Part shown: positions 56,684 through 64,000 of the stretch, piece by piece
Layout: the number at the start of each line of letters is the position of its first letter
How positions within the stretch are numbered: the stretch's first letter is position 1
Assembly: GCA_017516825.1 (NCBI GenBank)
Contig: JAFXBC010000068.1
Coordinates: 10,950 to 74,949 of the forward strand
Origin: Clostridia bacterium
GTDB taxonomy: Bacteria; Bacillota; Clostridia; Oscillospirales; CAG-382
Direction of reading: 5' to 3'
DNA: 64,000 nt
Program-made: the position numbers and the translations under genes
The notes under the pieces: generated by a model
Databases searched by the model: none
Seen by the model: only the letters and a program-made list of their open reading frames with translations
What the model was told of the DNA's origin: nothing

Positions 56684-58171
56684 ATGAAAACGTTTTTTGC
56701 AAAACTGAAAAAGCTGATTCCCTCAAAGCGGAAGCTGGTCCAATTATATTTCGCCTTGTTATTTAACGCCAACGTCAAGGGATTTGTGGAGGGAAAGATC
56801 TTCAGAGGGGATTCCAAATCCTTTTGCATTCCCGGCTTGAACTGCTATTCCTGTCCCGGTGCAGTAGGGGCTTGTCCTTTGGGATCCTTGCAAGGGTCCT
56901 TCAGCGCGGGCAAAAGCACCATGTTCTACGTATTCGGCATTCTCATGCTGTTTGGCCTGGCCTTGGGCAGGACTATCTGCGGATGGCTGTGTCCTTTCGG
57001 GTTGATCCAGGAGCTGCTCTATAAGATCAAGACCCCCAAGCTGAAGAAGAGCCCCGTGACCCGGTTGCTTTCTTATCTGAAGTACGTGATCCTGGCGTTC
57101 TTCGTGTTCCTGGTTCCCATTCTTTACGCCTTCAAGGATACGCCCTTGCCTGCTTTCTGTAAGTACATTTGCCCCGCGGGCACTCTGGAGGGGGGCATCA
57201 GCCTTCTTTCCAACAAGCTGAACGAAAGCTATTTCGCCATGCTGGGCCCGCTGTTCACCTGGAAGTTCCTGCTTCTGGTAAGCTTTGTGGTGGGCTGTGT
57301 CTTCGTGTTCCGTTTATTCTGCCGTTTCTTCTGTCCCTTGGGAGCGCTTTACGGCTTCTTCAATCGGATCTCCTTCATCGGGGTACAGGTGGAGGCCCCC
57401 AAGTGTACCAACTGTGATCTTTGCGTTCATAAGTGTAAGATGGACGTGAAGAGGGTGGGAGATGCGGAGTGTATCTCCTGCGGAGAATGCATTGACGTCT
57501 GTCCCACGAAGGCCATCTCCTGGAAGGGGTTACCCAAAAAGAAGACCTCCCTGGCAGAGGATGCTGCGGGAGGCAGTAAAAAGACGGCGAAATTCATTAC
57601 CCGCTGTATTTCCGCGATTTTGATGGTCGCGTTGCTGGCGGGCGTGTTCGTATACGCCTGGAACGACGCGGGAGACGTATCCTCCGAAGTATCCTCCGAG
57701 GAAAGCTCCTCCTCTGTTCCCATGGGAAATCAGGTTGGTGAGAAGTGCTACCAGGGCACTTTGTCCGTGGTAGACGCCTCCGGCATCAAAGAGGAGACGC
57801 TGGACGTGATCAGCGAAGGAAAGATCACCGTGATCAACTTCTGGGGCACCTGGTGCACCCCTTGCGTCAACGAGCTTCCTTACTTTGACCGCATTGCCAC
57901 AGAATACGAGGATTCCGTTTCCGTGGTGGCGATCCACACCAATATGGTGGTGAACACTGCCGGTGGCTACATTGCACAGCATTATCCCGAGAGCAACATC
58001 AGATTCGCCTGCGACGGCGAGGGTGAGTCGTACTACAACACCTTGGGCGGCAGAGGGACCTATCCCTATACCGTTGTGGTGGATGAGGACGGTGTGATCG
58101 CCGCCGTGTTCGTGAAAGCATTGGAATATGAGGATCTGCAGGAGATCGTGGAGACGCTTCTGGCTGATTAA
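56684..58171 (+). CDS. NapH/RdxA-like polytopic 4Fe-4S membrane protein fused to a C-terminal TlpA redoxin (CTPC)
   Basis: LNCYSCP..GACPLG; CxxxCP motifs (CGWLCP, CKYICP, CRFFCP); ferredoxin motifs CTNCDLCVHKC and CISCGECIDVCP; a TM, then VINFWGTWCTPCVNELP. AAGGAGG RBS. Confidence 0.9.
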   Translation: MKTFFAKLKKLIPSKRKLVQLYFALLFNANVKGFVEGKIFRGDSKSFCIPGLNCYSCPGAVGACPLGSLQGSFSAGKSTMFYVFGILMLFGLALGRTICGWLCPFGLIQELLYKIKTPKLKKSPVTRLLSYLKYVILAFFVFLVPILYAFKDTPLPAFCKYICPAGTLEGGISLLSNKLNESYFAMLGPLFTWKFLLLVSFVVGCVFVFRLFCRFFCPLGALYGFFNRISFIGVQVEAPKCTNCDLCVHKCKMDVKRVGDAECISCGECIDVCPTKAISWKGLPKKKTSLAEDAAGGSKKTAKFITRCISAILMVALLAGVFVYAWNDAGDVSSEVSSEESSSSVPMGNQVGEKCYQGTLSVVDASGIKEETLDVISEGKITVINFWGTWCTPCVNELPYFDRIATEYEDSVSVVAIHTNMVVNTAGGYIAQHYPESNIRFACDGEGESYYNTLGGRGTYPYTVVVDEDGVIAAVFVKALEYEDLQEIVETLLAD

Positions 58172-58193
58172 AGGGTTACGGGATTAAAGGGTT

Positions 58194-59417
58194 ATGAGAC
58201 ACAAAAGAGACGGCGCGGCATCCTTGATCCTGCTGTGCTGGTTGGTTTACGCTTGCTCTTATTTGGGGAAGCTGAATTATGCGGCCAATATCACCCCCAT
58301 CATGGCACATTACGGTGTGAACCATGCCCAGGCGGGATTGGTGAGCAGTTATTTTTCCGTGACCTACGCCATCGGACAGGTGGTGAATGGGATCTTCTGC
58401 AAACGGTATCCTCTGAAGCAGGTAGTTTTCGGTGCTTTGGTGGTTTCCGCAACCGTCAATTTGGCCGTGGCGTTTGCCCCCGCTTTCTGGATGATCCGTT
58501 TTCTGTGGATGGTGAACGGGTTTGCCACTTCCCTGCTATGGCCCTGCCTTGTAAGACTACTTTCCGAGACCTTGGACAAGAAGGATCTGGGGAAAGCGGT
58601 GATTGCCATGGGGACCACAACGGCGTCAGGCACCTTTGCCATTTACGGCATCAGCGCGGGATTTGCGTTGTTTGACGGTTTTAAGTGGGTGTTCGTTCTC
58701 GCGGCGGCGGTGGTTCTGTCGGTTGCGGTATATTGGTTATGGGTTGCAGATAAGAAGATCGGCGGCGTTGTCAGAACGGAAGAAGCGGAAACTCCCCTTT
58801 TGAAAAAGCAAGAGCGGGTCTCACCGGGGAAAGCGCTTTTCATCTGCGTCGGGATGTTGGCCCTTTACGGCGTGTTCACCAATCTGGTAAAGGATGGACT
58901 TTCCGGGTGGGTACCTTCCATTTTGAAGGAAGAATACGGACTGGGAGATTCCCTTTCCATTCTTCTGACCCTGACATTGCCTATGGTATCCATGTTCGGT
59001 AGTGCCCTCTCTGTGCGGGCCCAGAAGCGGATCCCGGATTTCGTATTGCTTTGCGGAGTACTGTTCGGACTTTCCGGGGCGGTGCTGTTCGGGGTGACCG
59101 CAGGACTGCAGGCGGGCGCATTGGTGCCTATCTTCGCCGGATTTGCGATGGTGTGTCTGTTCATGGCCACCTGCAACAGCGTGATCACAAGTATGTTCCC
59201 TATGTTCATGAAGGGGAAGCTGAACTCCGGAATGCTTGCCGGAGTGCTTAACGGTTTTTGCTACGTGGGCAGTACCCTCAGCTCTTATGGATTGGGTGCT
59301 TTGGCAGATCATTTCGGTTGGCAATCGGTGTTTTCGGTGCTGACTGCAGTCTGTCTGGGGTGTCTCGTCCTTGCCGCGGGGTATTGGGGCGGAAAACGCA
59401 TTCTGAAAAGAGCATAA
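58194..59417 (+). CDS. MFS transporter (OPA/GlpT-like)
   Basis: About 12 hydrophobic helices; Y.GKLNY, G.VSS.F...YAIGQ..NG and G.LAD.FGW. Confidence 0.88.
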   Translation: MRHKRDGAASLILLCWLVYACSYLGKLNYAANITPIMAHYGVNHAQAGLVSSYFSVTYAIGQVVNGIFCKRYPLKQVVFGALVVSATVNLAVAFAPAFWMIRFLWMVNGFATSLLWPCLVRLLSETLDKKDLGKAVIAMGTTTASGTFAIYGISAGFALFDGFKWVFVLAAAVVLSVAVYWLWVADKKIGGVVRTEEAETPLLKKQERVSPGKALFICVGMLALYGVFTNLVKDGLSGWVPSILKEEYGLGDSLSILLTLTLPMVSMFGSALSVRAQKRIPDFVLLCGVLFGLSGAVLFGVTAGLQAGALVPIFAGFAMVCLFMATCNSVITSMFPMFMKGKLNSGMLAGVLNGFCYVGSTLSSYGLGALADHFGWQSVFSVLTAVCLGCLVLAAGYWGGKRILKRA

Positions 59418-59423
59418 AAAACG

Positions 59424-59462
59424 GCACCGTCGAGGGTTGAATTCGACGGTGCTTTTTGTTTT
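59424..59462 (+). terminator. Intrinsic terminator (possibly bidirectional)
   Basis: GCACCGTCGA-GGGTTGAAT-TCGACGGTGC followed by TTTTTGTTTT. Confidence 0.85.
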
Positions 59463-59489
59463 GTCATGCTTCTGCGCTGCGGTACATTT

Positions 59490-61577
59490 TCAGAGTGCCG
59501 TGATAAGCAGGGGGAGGAATAGAGTCACAGCCCAAAGAAGCGGGAAAAGGATAGGGTGTCGGAATTTATACGCAAGGAGAGCCGCCGAGGCCGACAGAAC
59601 GATGCAAAGCAAGATGCGGATCATAACGCCGATGGCCAGACATCCTGCCAAAGAGAGGGTCTCGATGCCTCCGGAGGGAAGACTTGCCAAGGGAGCGGCC
59701 GCCAGGGGCAGGGTGTGGAGGGAATGAAGCTTGCAGACGTCCATAGCAAGCAAGAGCAGGCTCCCCGTAGCGGTAGTGGCGGCAGACAGGATGATCTTTG
59801 CCCAAAGGGTATGAGATCGTCCTTTGGGGGAAGCGTACATCACGACGCGGAAGCCCTGCCTATCCTCCGATACGTATGCGAAGGCCGGGAACAGCAAGAT
59901 CAGAAGAAGGAACAGATCTATCTTCGGTGCAAAAAGGGCATCCCAGCCCTTGGGATACAGAAGCACTGCGGGAATGTCCTTCTCATTCAGAGCTTTGATA
60001 CGGGTTACCTCCTCCAGGATGGACGTGAAGACCCCGTAGCGGATCTCAGCAGTACGCACCTCCATACGCAATGCTGAAAGCTCTTTGAAAGAGATCTTCC
60101 CCGCCTCATATAGAAGGGTATATTCCTTTTCTTTTTCGAACAGGGCGCGGAAGCGGGCACCTTCTTCATTCAGAAACAGTTCCTTTTCCGGGGTAAGCTC
60201 TCCTTCCAGGGCGGTCATATAAGAGCGGTAGATCTCGTCCTTATAGGTGAGTGGCGGGGCGGGAACCAGGGATTTGGAAAGAAGGATCAGCAAAATCGGA
60301 AACAACAATCCCGTGGAGAAAAACAGTTTTTTGGCCTCGAAGCCAAGCACCGTACGGGGAATATAAACGGGGAGTTTCCATTTGAATGGCTTACGCTTGC
60401 CGAAGGTAAGCCTGCGCGGGAGAAGGAACAGAAGAAGGATGGAAAGGGCGGCAGTTCCCATCACCGCAACACAGTATGCCAAAGGTAGCGGGACGGAGAT
60501 GCCAAACAGGTTGACAGCTACGTAGCGGGTTACAAGGTTGTTCCCTTCCAAAAGACGGAACAGGTTCAGGTTTGCCGTCAAGGAGCCGAGAGAGGCTACG
60601 TCACCACCGTTCCACATTGCATGGAGTCCAATAAAGCCAATCCCCGCCGCAAGGAAAAGAAAACGATTGTTGAGCATCCGTGCCATCAGCAAAAAGAGCG
60701 TTCCCAAGGAAAACAGCGTTAGGATCCGCAAGCCCAGACGGAGGAAGAAAAACTCGAAGACGTAAAGGGGATGGGGGCAGAGGGCGTAGTCTTCGAAGGA
60801 GGCCAGGAATTCCGTAAAGCCGTGAAAGGGGGTTCTCATGGAAAAGGCGGCAAGGGCAACGGCTTCCATGGCAAGAGATGTGAAAACGCAGAAAACCGCC
60901 AAGGCTGAGATCTTGCTTCCGAGGACGCCGCGGAAGCCCTTTTTGGTGGCGTACAGGATGGATTCCGTGTCCCCCTCCCGATCGGCGACGGCCAGGAACA
61001 GAGCCACCATGAAGACAGCCGCCAGGAGCAGGATCCCCGTGCCGTGATACCGGAAGTAAGAATCCCAACCGCTAACGTAACCGTCGGAGACGGGAAGATA
61101 CGCCATGGTGCGATAAGTCTCCAGCACGCCGTTCAGATAAGAACGCATATAGGGATCCGTCACCACTGCAAGATTCTTTTCCGTATTTTGCAGGATCTCT
61201 TCTATGCGGAGGCGGTAGCTTCTTGGGTATTCCAAACGGCTGTAAAGGGCCGTATAAAGCTCGCCGTCGGTGACGCCGGATTCGGGATACAGGGTCATTG
61301 GCTCGTTGAAGGCGAACTTTTCCGGGTCTTCCCCGTTGATCACCGCTTGGATCTGGAGATCCACGGCCAGCTCTTTTGCCTCCAGATAGGCCAGGTATTC
61401 CCTGTGATATAGATCGGGTTCCTTTTCGTAGGCTTCGAAAAAGGTGTTCAGCAAAGTCCTGAAGTCCTTATCCTTCGGGGCTTGCGGATAGGCAAGAATT
61501 GCGTTCGCCAGAAGAAGCACAAGCAGAAAGAGGAGGAAAAAACGACGGGAAAACAGTTTTTTCAGCTCGTATCTCAT
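59490..61577 (-). CDS. ABC-2-type exporter permease, internally duplicated
   Basis: Two halves starting YELKKL and FEAKKL, each with GW..., [AE]DR.G and [TS].KG motifs and several TMs; ATGA-coupled to the ATPase. Confidence 0.8.
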   Translation of the reverse strand: MRYELKKLFSRRFFLLFLLVLLLANAILAYPQAPKDKDFRTLLNTFFEAYEKEPDLYHREYLAYLEAKELAVDLQIQAVINGEDPEKFAFNEPMTLYPESGVTDGELYTALYSRLEYPRSYRLRIEEILQNTEKNLAVVTDPYMRSYLNGVLETYRTMAYLPVSDGYVSGWDSYFRYHGTGILLLAAVFMVALFLAVADREGDTESILYATKKGFRGVLGSKISALAVFCVFTSLAMEAVALAAFSMRTPFHGFTEFLASFEDYALCPHPLYVFEFFFLRLGLRILTLFSLGTLFLLMARMLNNRFLFLAAGIGFIGLHAMWNGGDVASLGSLTANLNLFRLLEGNNLVTRYVAVNLFGISVPLPLAYCVAVMGTAALSILLLFLLPRRLTFGKRKPFKWKLPVYIPRTVLGFEAKKLFFSTGLLFPILLILLSKSLVPAPPLTYKDEIYRSYMTALEGELTPEKELFLNEEGARFRALFEKEKEYTLLYEAGKISFKELSALRMEVRTAEIRYGVFTSILEEVTRIKALNEKDIPAVLLYPKGWDALFAPKIDLFLLLILLFPAFAYVSEDRQGFRVVMYASPKGRSHTLWAKIILSAATTATGSLLLLAMDVCKLHSLHTLPLAAAPLASLPSGGIETLSLAGCLAIGVMIRILLCIVLSASAALLAYKFRHPILFPLLWAVTLFLPLLITAL

Positions 61578-62422
61578 AAACTCACTTCTCCGAAATGGTA
61601 ATAATAGCAATCTTCAAGGTCGGGGGTGGCGGGAACAGCTCCCGGGGAGGGCTTTTCGGCGCTGAAGACCCTTGCGCCCGCAGGGAGATGCTTGACCAGG
61701 CTGTGGGAGTGCAAAAGCTCCGGGGCGGGGAGATCCCAGAACAAGCCGATCAAGGAAGCCTTCAAGTCGCGGGGAGCGCCGTGGGCAACCAAAAGACCTT
61801 TTTTGAGAAGCAGGAGGTGGGAGGCAAGGCCTTCCACGTCGGACACGATGTGGGTGGCGATAAGAACGCAATGCTTTCTCCCGTAGGCGGAGAGCAGGTT
61901 TTTCACCTTTAACCGCTGCATGGGGTCAAGGCCTGCGGTAGGCTCGTCCAGGATCAGCAGGTCGGGCTCCCCCAACAAGGCCTGGGCCAGGAGCGCCCGT
62001 TGCTTCATACCGCCGGAGAAGGTGCTGACCTTACGGTTTTTGCAATCCGAAAGCTCTACCGCTTCCATCAATTTTTCAGCTTGGCTTTTTGCTTCCTTGC
62101 GGGAAATGCCCTTCAAGCAAGCCATGTACAGAAGGAATTCATAGAGGGTGAACCCTGCGGGGACACCTGCCGTTTGGGGCATAAAGCCGAGGCGGGCTCG
62201 ATAGGCACTGCCAAGGGAATCAATGCTCTCCCCTTTGAAAAGGATCTCTCCCCTATCCTGTTCAAGATTTTGGGTGAGGAGGTTCATCAGGGTGCTTTTG
62301 CCGCTTCCGTTGGGGCCGAGAAGGGCGTGGATGCCCACGTCCAGATCGCAGGAAAAGCCTTGCAGAGCCTTGACCTGCTTGTAGGATTTGGAAAGCTCTC
62401 TGATGGAAAGGAGTGCCGTCAC
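61574..62422 (-). CDS. ABC exporter ATP-binding protein
   Basis: GPNGSGKST, FSGGMKQR, LILDEPTAGLD, ATH and PDLED.Y. Confidence 0.93.
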   Translation of the reverse strand: MTALLSIRELSKSYKQVKALQGFSCDLDVGIHALLGPNGSGKSTLMNLLTQNLEQDRGEILFKGESIDSLGSAYRARLGFMPQTAGVPAGFTLYEFLLYMACLKGISRKEAKSQAEKLMEAVELSDCKNRKVSTFSGGMKQRALLAQALLGEPDLLILDEPTAGLDPMQRLKVKNLLSAYGRKHCVLIATHIVSDVEGLASHLLLLKKGLLVAHGAPRDLKASLIGLFWDLPAPELLHSHSLVKHLPAGARVFSAEKPSPGAVPATPDLEDCYYYHFGEVSL

Positions 62423-63528
62423 GTTATCACCTGCAAGGTCTTTCCCGTGGCCAGATCCATCATCACCGTATACTGCTTCCTGGAGGAACCTTTGCCGGTG
62501 GAATAAACGTAATACAGGAGATCTCCGTGGATGGCTACGGAATAGATGGAGGCATCCGTTTGGGAGTCATAGAGAACCACGACTTCGGAGAAATCACGGT
62601 CTGCGCGGTAGATTCGGTTGTCCGTGCCGTAGAAATACAGCGCCTCTCCGCCAAACATCAATTCCACCACGGGAAGATCGGTAAGACGTTTCTCGTCTCC
62701 CATGCCGCATTCGCTTTTGCGATACAGGACACCGTCGCGGAGGTAATAGAAATCCTCCTCCATCAAGGTGACGGGAAGAAGATCGTCTTCGCCGTAGGGG
62801 GTGCTTTCCTTAGCGGCGGGGTCGTACAGGGAAAAGCCGTCCTTCCCCAAATACAGAAGCTTGCCGCCTAAGGGCATGAAGTAGTAAAGATCCGCGACGG
62901 TGAGAAGCTCCTCCAGGTCACCCGTAGAAAGAACGATACGGCAGACGGTGCCTTGGATGGCACCCGTTTCCTCGTCCACACGCTCCAAAAGGAAATACAG
63001 ATACTCCCCTTCCTGAACGGGGTGGGAGATCAGATCCTCCGAGGTATACAGCTTTTCGGCACCGTCACCGAAAAAGTCCGTGGTGTACAAAGTGGAAACG
63101 CCTTCTTCTTCCACCAGGAAGAACAAACCGTTGGCTCCCCGGTAGACCAGAGCCTTTCCCGCGCCCCAAAGACAGGACTCGTGATCGCAAAGGGGATCGC
63201 GGCAGGCGGAGGAGAAGTTTCCCGTGGTTTTATCATAGGCGAGAAGGGTCACGTAGCCGCTGACCTTCAGGTACAGAACGGGAGGGGTATCCAGGCGGGA
63301 CTCCATGGGCATATCGTTGTAATAAACGGCGTAGGGCTGTTCTGCCAGCAGGTCTTCGTGGGACTTCCCCGTTAAGGAAGAAACGGGAAAGGGATCCTCG
63401 AAGTTCCCCGTGGGAGGTGCTTCGGAAGTGCTTACCGTACTGCTTTCCGTAGAAACCTCCGGAATACGGCTTTGGCAAGACGTGAGGAGCAGGACGAGAG
63501 CGAGAATAGCAAGAACGATTTTTTTCAT
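62419..63528 (-). CDS. Beta-propeller-like lipoprotein with a CxDPxCxHxxC motif
   Basis: Lipobox LTSC; ACRDPLCDHESC; repeated G..LY[YF] blades; GGAGG RBS. Confidence 0.8.
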   Translation of the reverse strand: MKKIVLAILALVLLLTSCQSRIPEVSTESSTVSTSEAPPTGNFEDPFPVSSLTGKSHEDLLAEQPYAVYYNDMPMESRLDTPPVLYLKVSGYVTLLAYDKTTGNFSSACRDPLCDHESCLWGAGKALVYRGANGLFFLVEEEGVSTLYTTDFFGDGAEKLYTSEDLISHPVQEGEYLYFLLERVDEETGAIQGTVCRIVLSTGDLEELLTVADLYYFMPLGGKLLYLGKDGFSLYDPAAKESTPYGEDDLLPVTLMEEDFYYLRDGVLYRKSECGMGDEKRLTDLPVVELMFGGEALYFYGTDNRIYRADRDFSEVVVLYDSQTDASIYSVAIHGDLLYYVYSTGKGSSRKQYTVMMDLATGKTLQVIT

Positions 63529-63568
63529 GCAATACCTCCAAAATGGTTTATTGTCATCTACCGCTTAT

Positions 63569-63597
63569 AGTTTACACAAATAAACCGCATTTGTCAA
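63569..63597 (-). promoter_or_regulatory. Putative sigmaA promoter for the lipoprotein-ABC operon
   Basis: Minus strand TTGACA (63597-63592), 17 bp, TAAACT (63574-63569). Confidence 0.6.
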
Positions 63598-63624
63598 TAG
63601 GGAAACTGAAATTTTACAATTTTT

Positions 63625-63659
63625 AACAAAAGCACCGCCGAGGATGAGCTCGGCGGTGT
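63625..63659 (-). terminator. Intrinsic terminator of the upstream partial gene
   Basis: GCACCGCCGAG-GATGAG-CTCGGCGGTGT stem, followed on the minus strand by TTTTGTT. Confidence 0.75.
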
Positions 63660-63673
63660 TTGCTTGTGAGGTA

Positions 63674-64000
63674 TTACAAATTAGTGAAGGATATGATCTC
63701 GAAAAGGAGAGACAGCAAGAGAAGGGGGATGCCAATGGCGAGAGAAATGCGTTTCTCCCCTTTTGGATCCCGCCCGGTGTCCTTTGCGGAATAGTGCATA
63801 ATGACAAGAAAAGCCGCAGGGAGAGCAAGAGGCAAAAACAGGAGGATGGAGGTGCCGCCGCTGAGGATATAGCGGATACCGTCTGCAACCACGAGATCCA
63901 AAATCAGAAAGACGCCGCAAAGGAGAATGGCTTTGTACATACTTTCCTTTAATTGATGGCGGAAAAAGCGGGGCAAAACGGAGATCCCCAGCACCGTTAA
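63674..64000 (-). CDS. C-terminal part of a membrane protein entering from beyond the window
   Basis: Frame stays open to the window edge; three hydrophobic segments; followed by a terminator. Confidence 0.55.
   Translation of the reverse strand, partial: LTVLGISVLPRFFRHQLKESMYKAILLCGVFLILDLVVADGIRYILSGGTSILLFLPLALPAAFLVIMHYSAKDTGRDPKGEKRISLAIGIPLLLLSLLFEIISFTNL

Noticed and set aside
35047-58171. TlpA proteins as a cytochrome c maturation (ResA/CcdA) system
   Set aside because: No resB/resC or ccm genes here and no CxxCH haem-binding substrate noticed in the secreted proteins of the operon.
32302-59417. Protease/Opp/redoxin locus as a mobile element or recent genomic island
   Set aside because: No integrase, transposase, tRNA or flanking direct repeats seen, and codon style looks like the housekeeping genes by eye (not computed).

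Overview
Chromosomal window from a moderately GC-rich Bacillota/Clostridia organism, probably an uncultured gut Oscillospirales-type lineage (inferred from gene content, dockerin and lipoprotein style). I found no rRNA, tRNA, CRISPR array or mobile element. Bases 1-22.9 kb are a minus-strand housekeeping block: DUF1385-prmC, then trmH-like-dprA-topA-rnc-radical SAM-smc-ftsY-rdgB, then cdaA-cdaR-recJ-rel-dtd-hemZ-udk-murJ/spoVB-like (partial). Bases 23-32 kb are mixed: RNHCP protein, an orphan MazF/NdoA, a DUF4855 surface protein, nnrD-lipoprotein-alr and a metallophosphoesterase. The most interesting part is 32.3-59.4 kb. An apparent 14-gene, ~23.4 kb minus-strand operon encodes a ~2400-aa cell-surface S8 protease with a long BspA-type LRR array, a GLUG-like lipoprotein, OppABCDF (oversized OppA), two TlpA/thioredoxin-fold lipoproteins and three secreted proteins. 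Those three (one is the larger redoxin, one carries a dockerin) share four copies of a Cys-containing domain I cannot assign (DG[YF][YW]...G[PS]L ... WxxxCxY). Divergently transcribed are a membrane protein ending in CTECIGLG, a NapH/RdxA-like 4Fe-4S membrane protein fused to a third TlpA domain, and an MFS transporter. My inference is a redox-assisted protein-scavenging system: reduce substrate disulfides at the cell surface, proteolyse, import peptides. All family assignments come from motif recognition by eye; no database searches were run.
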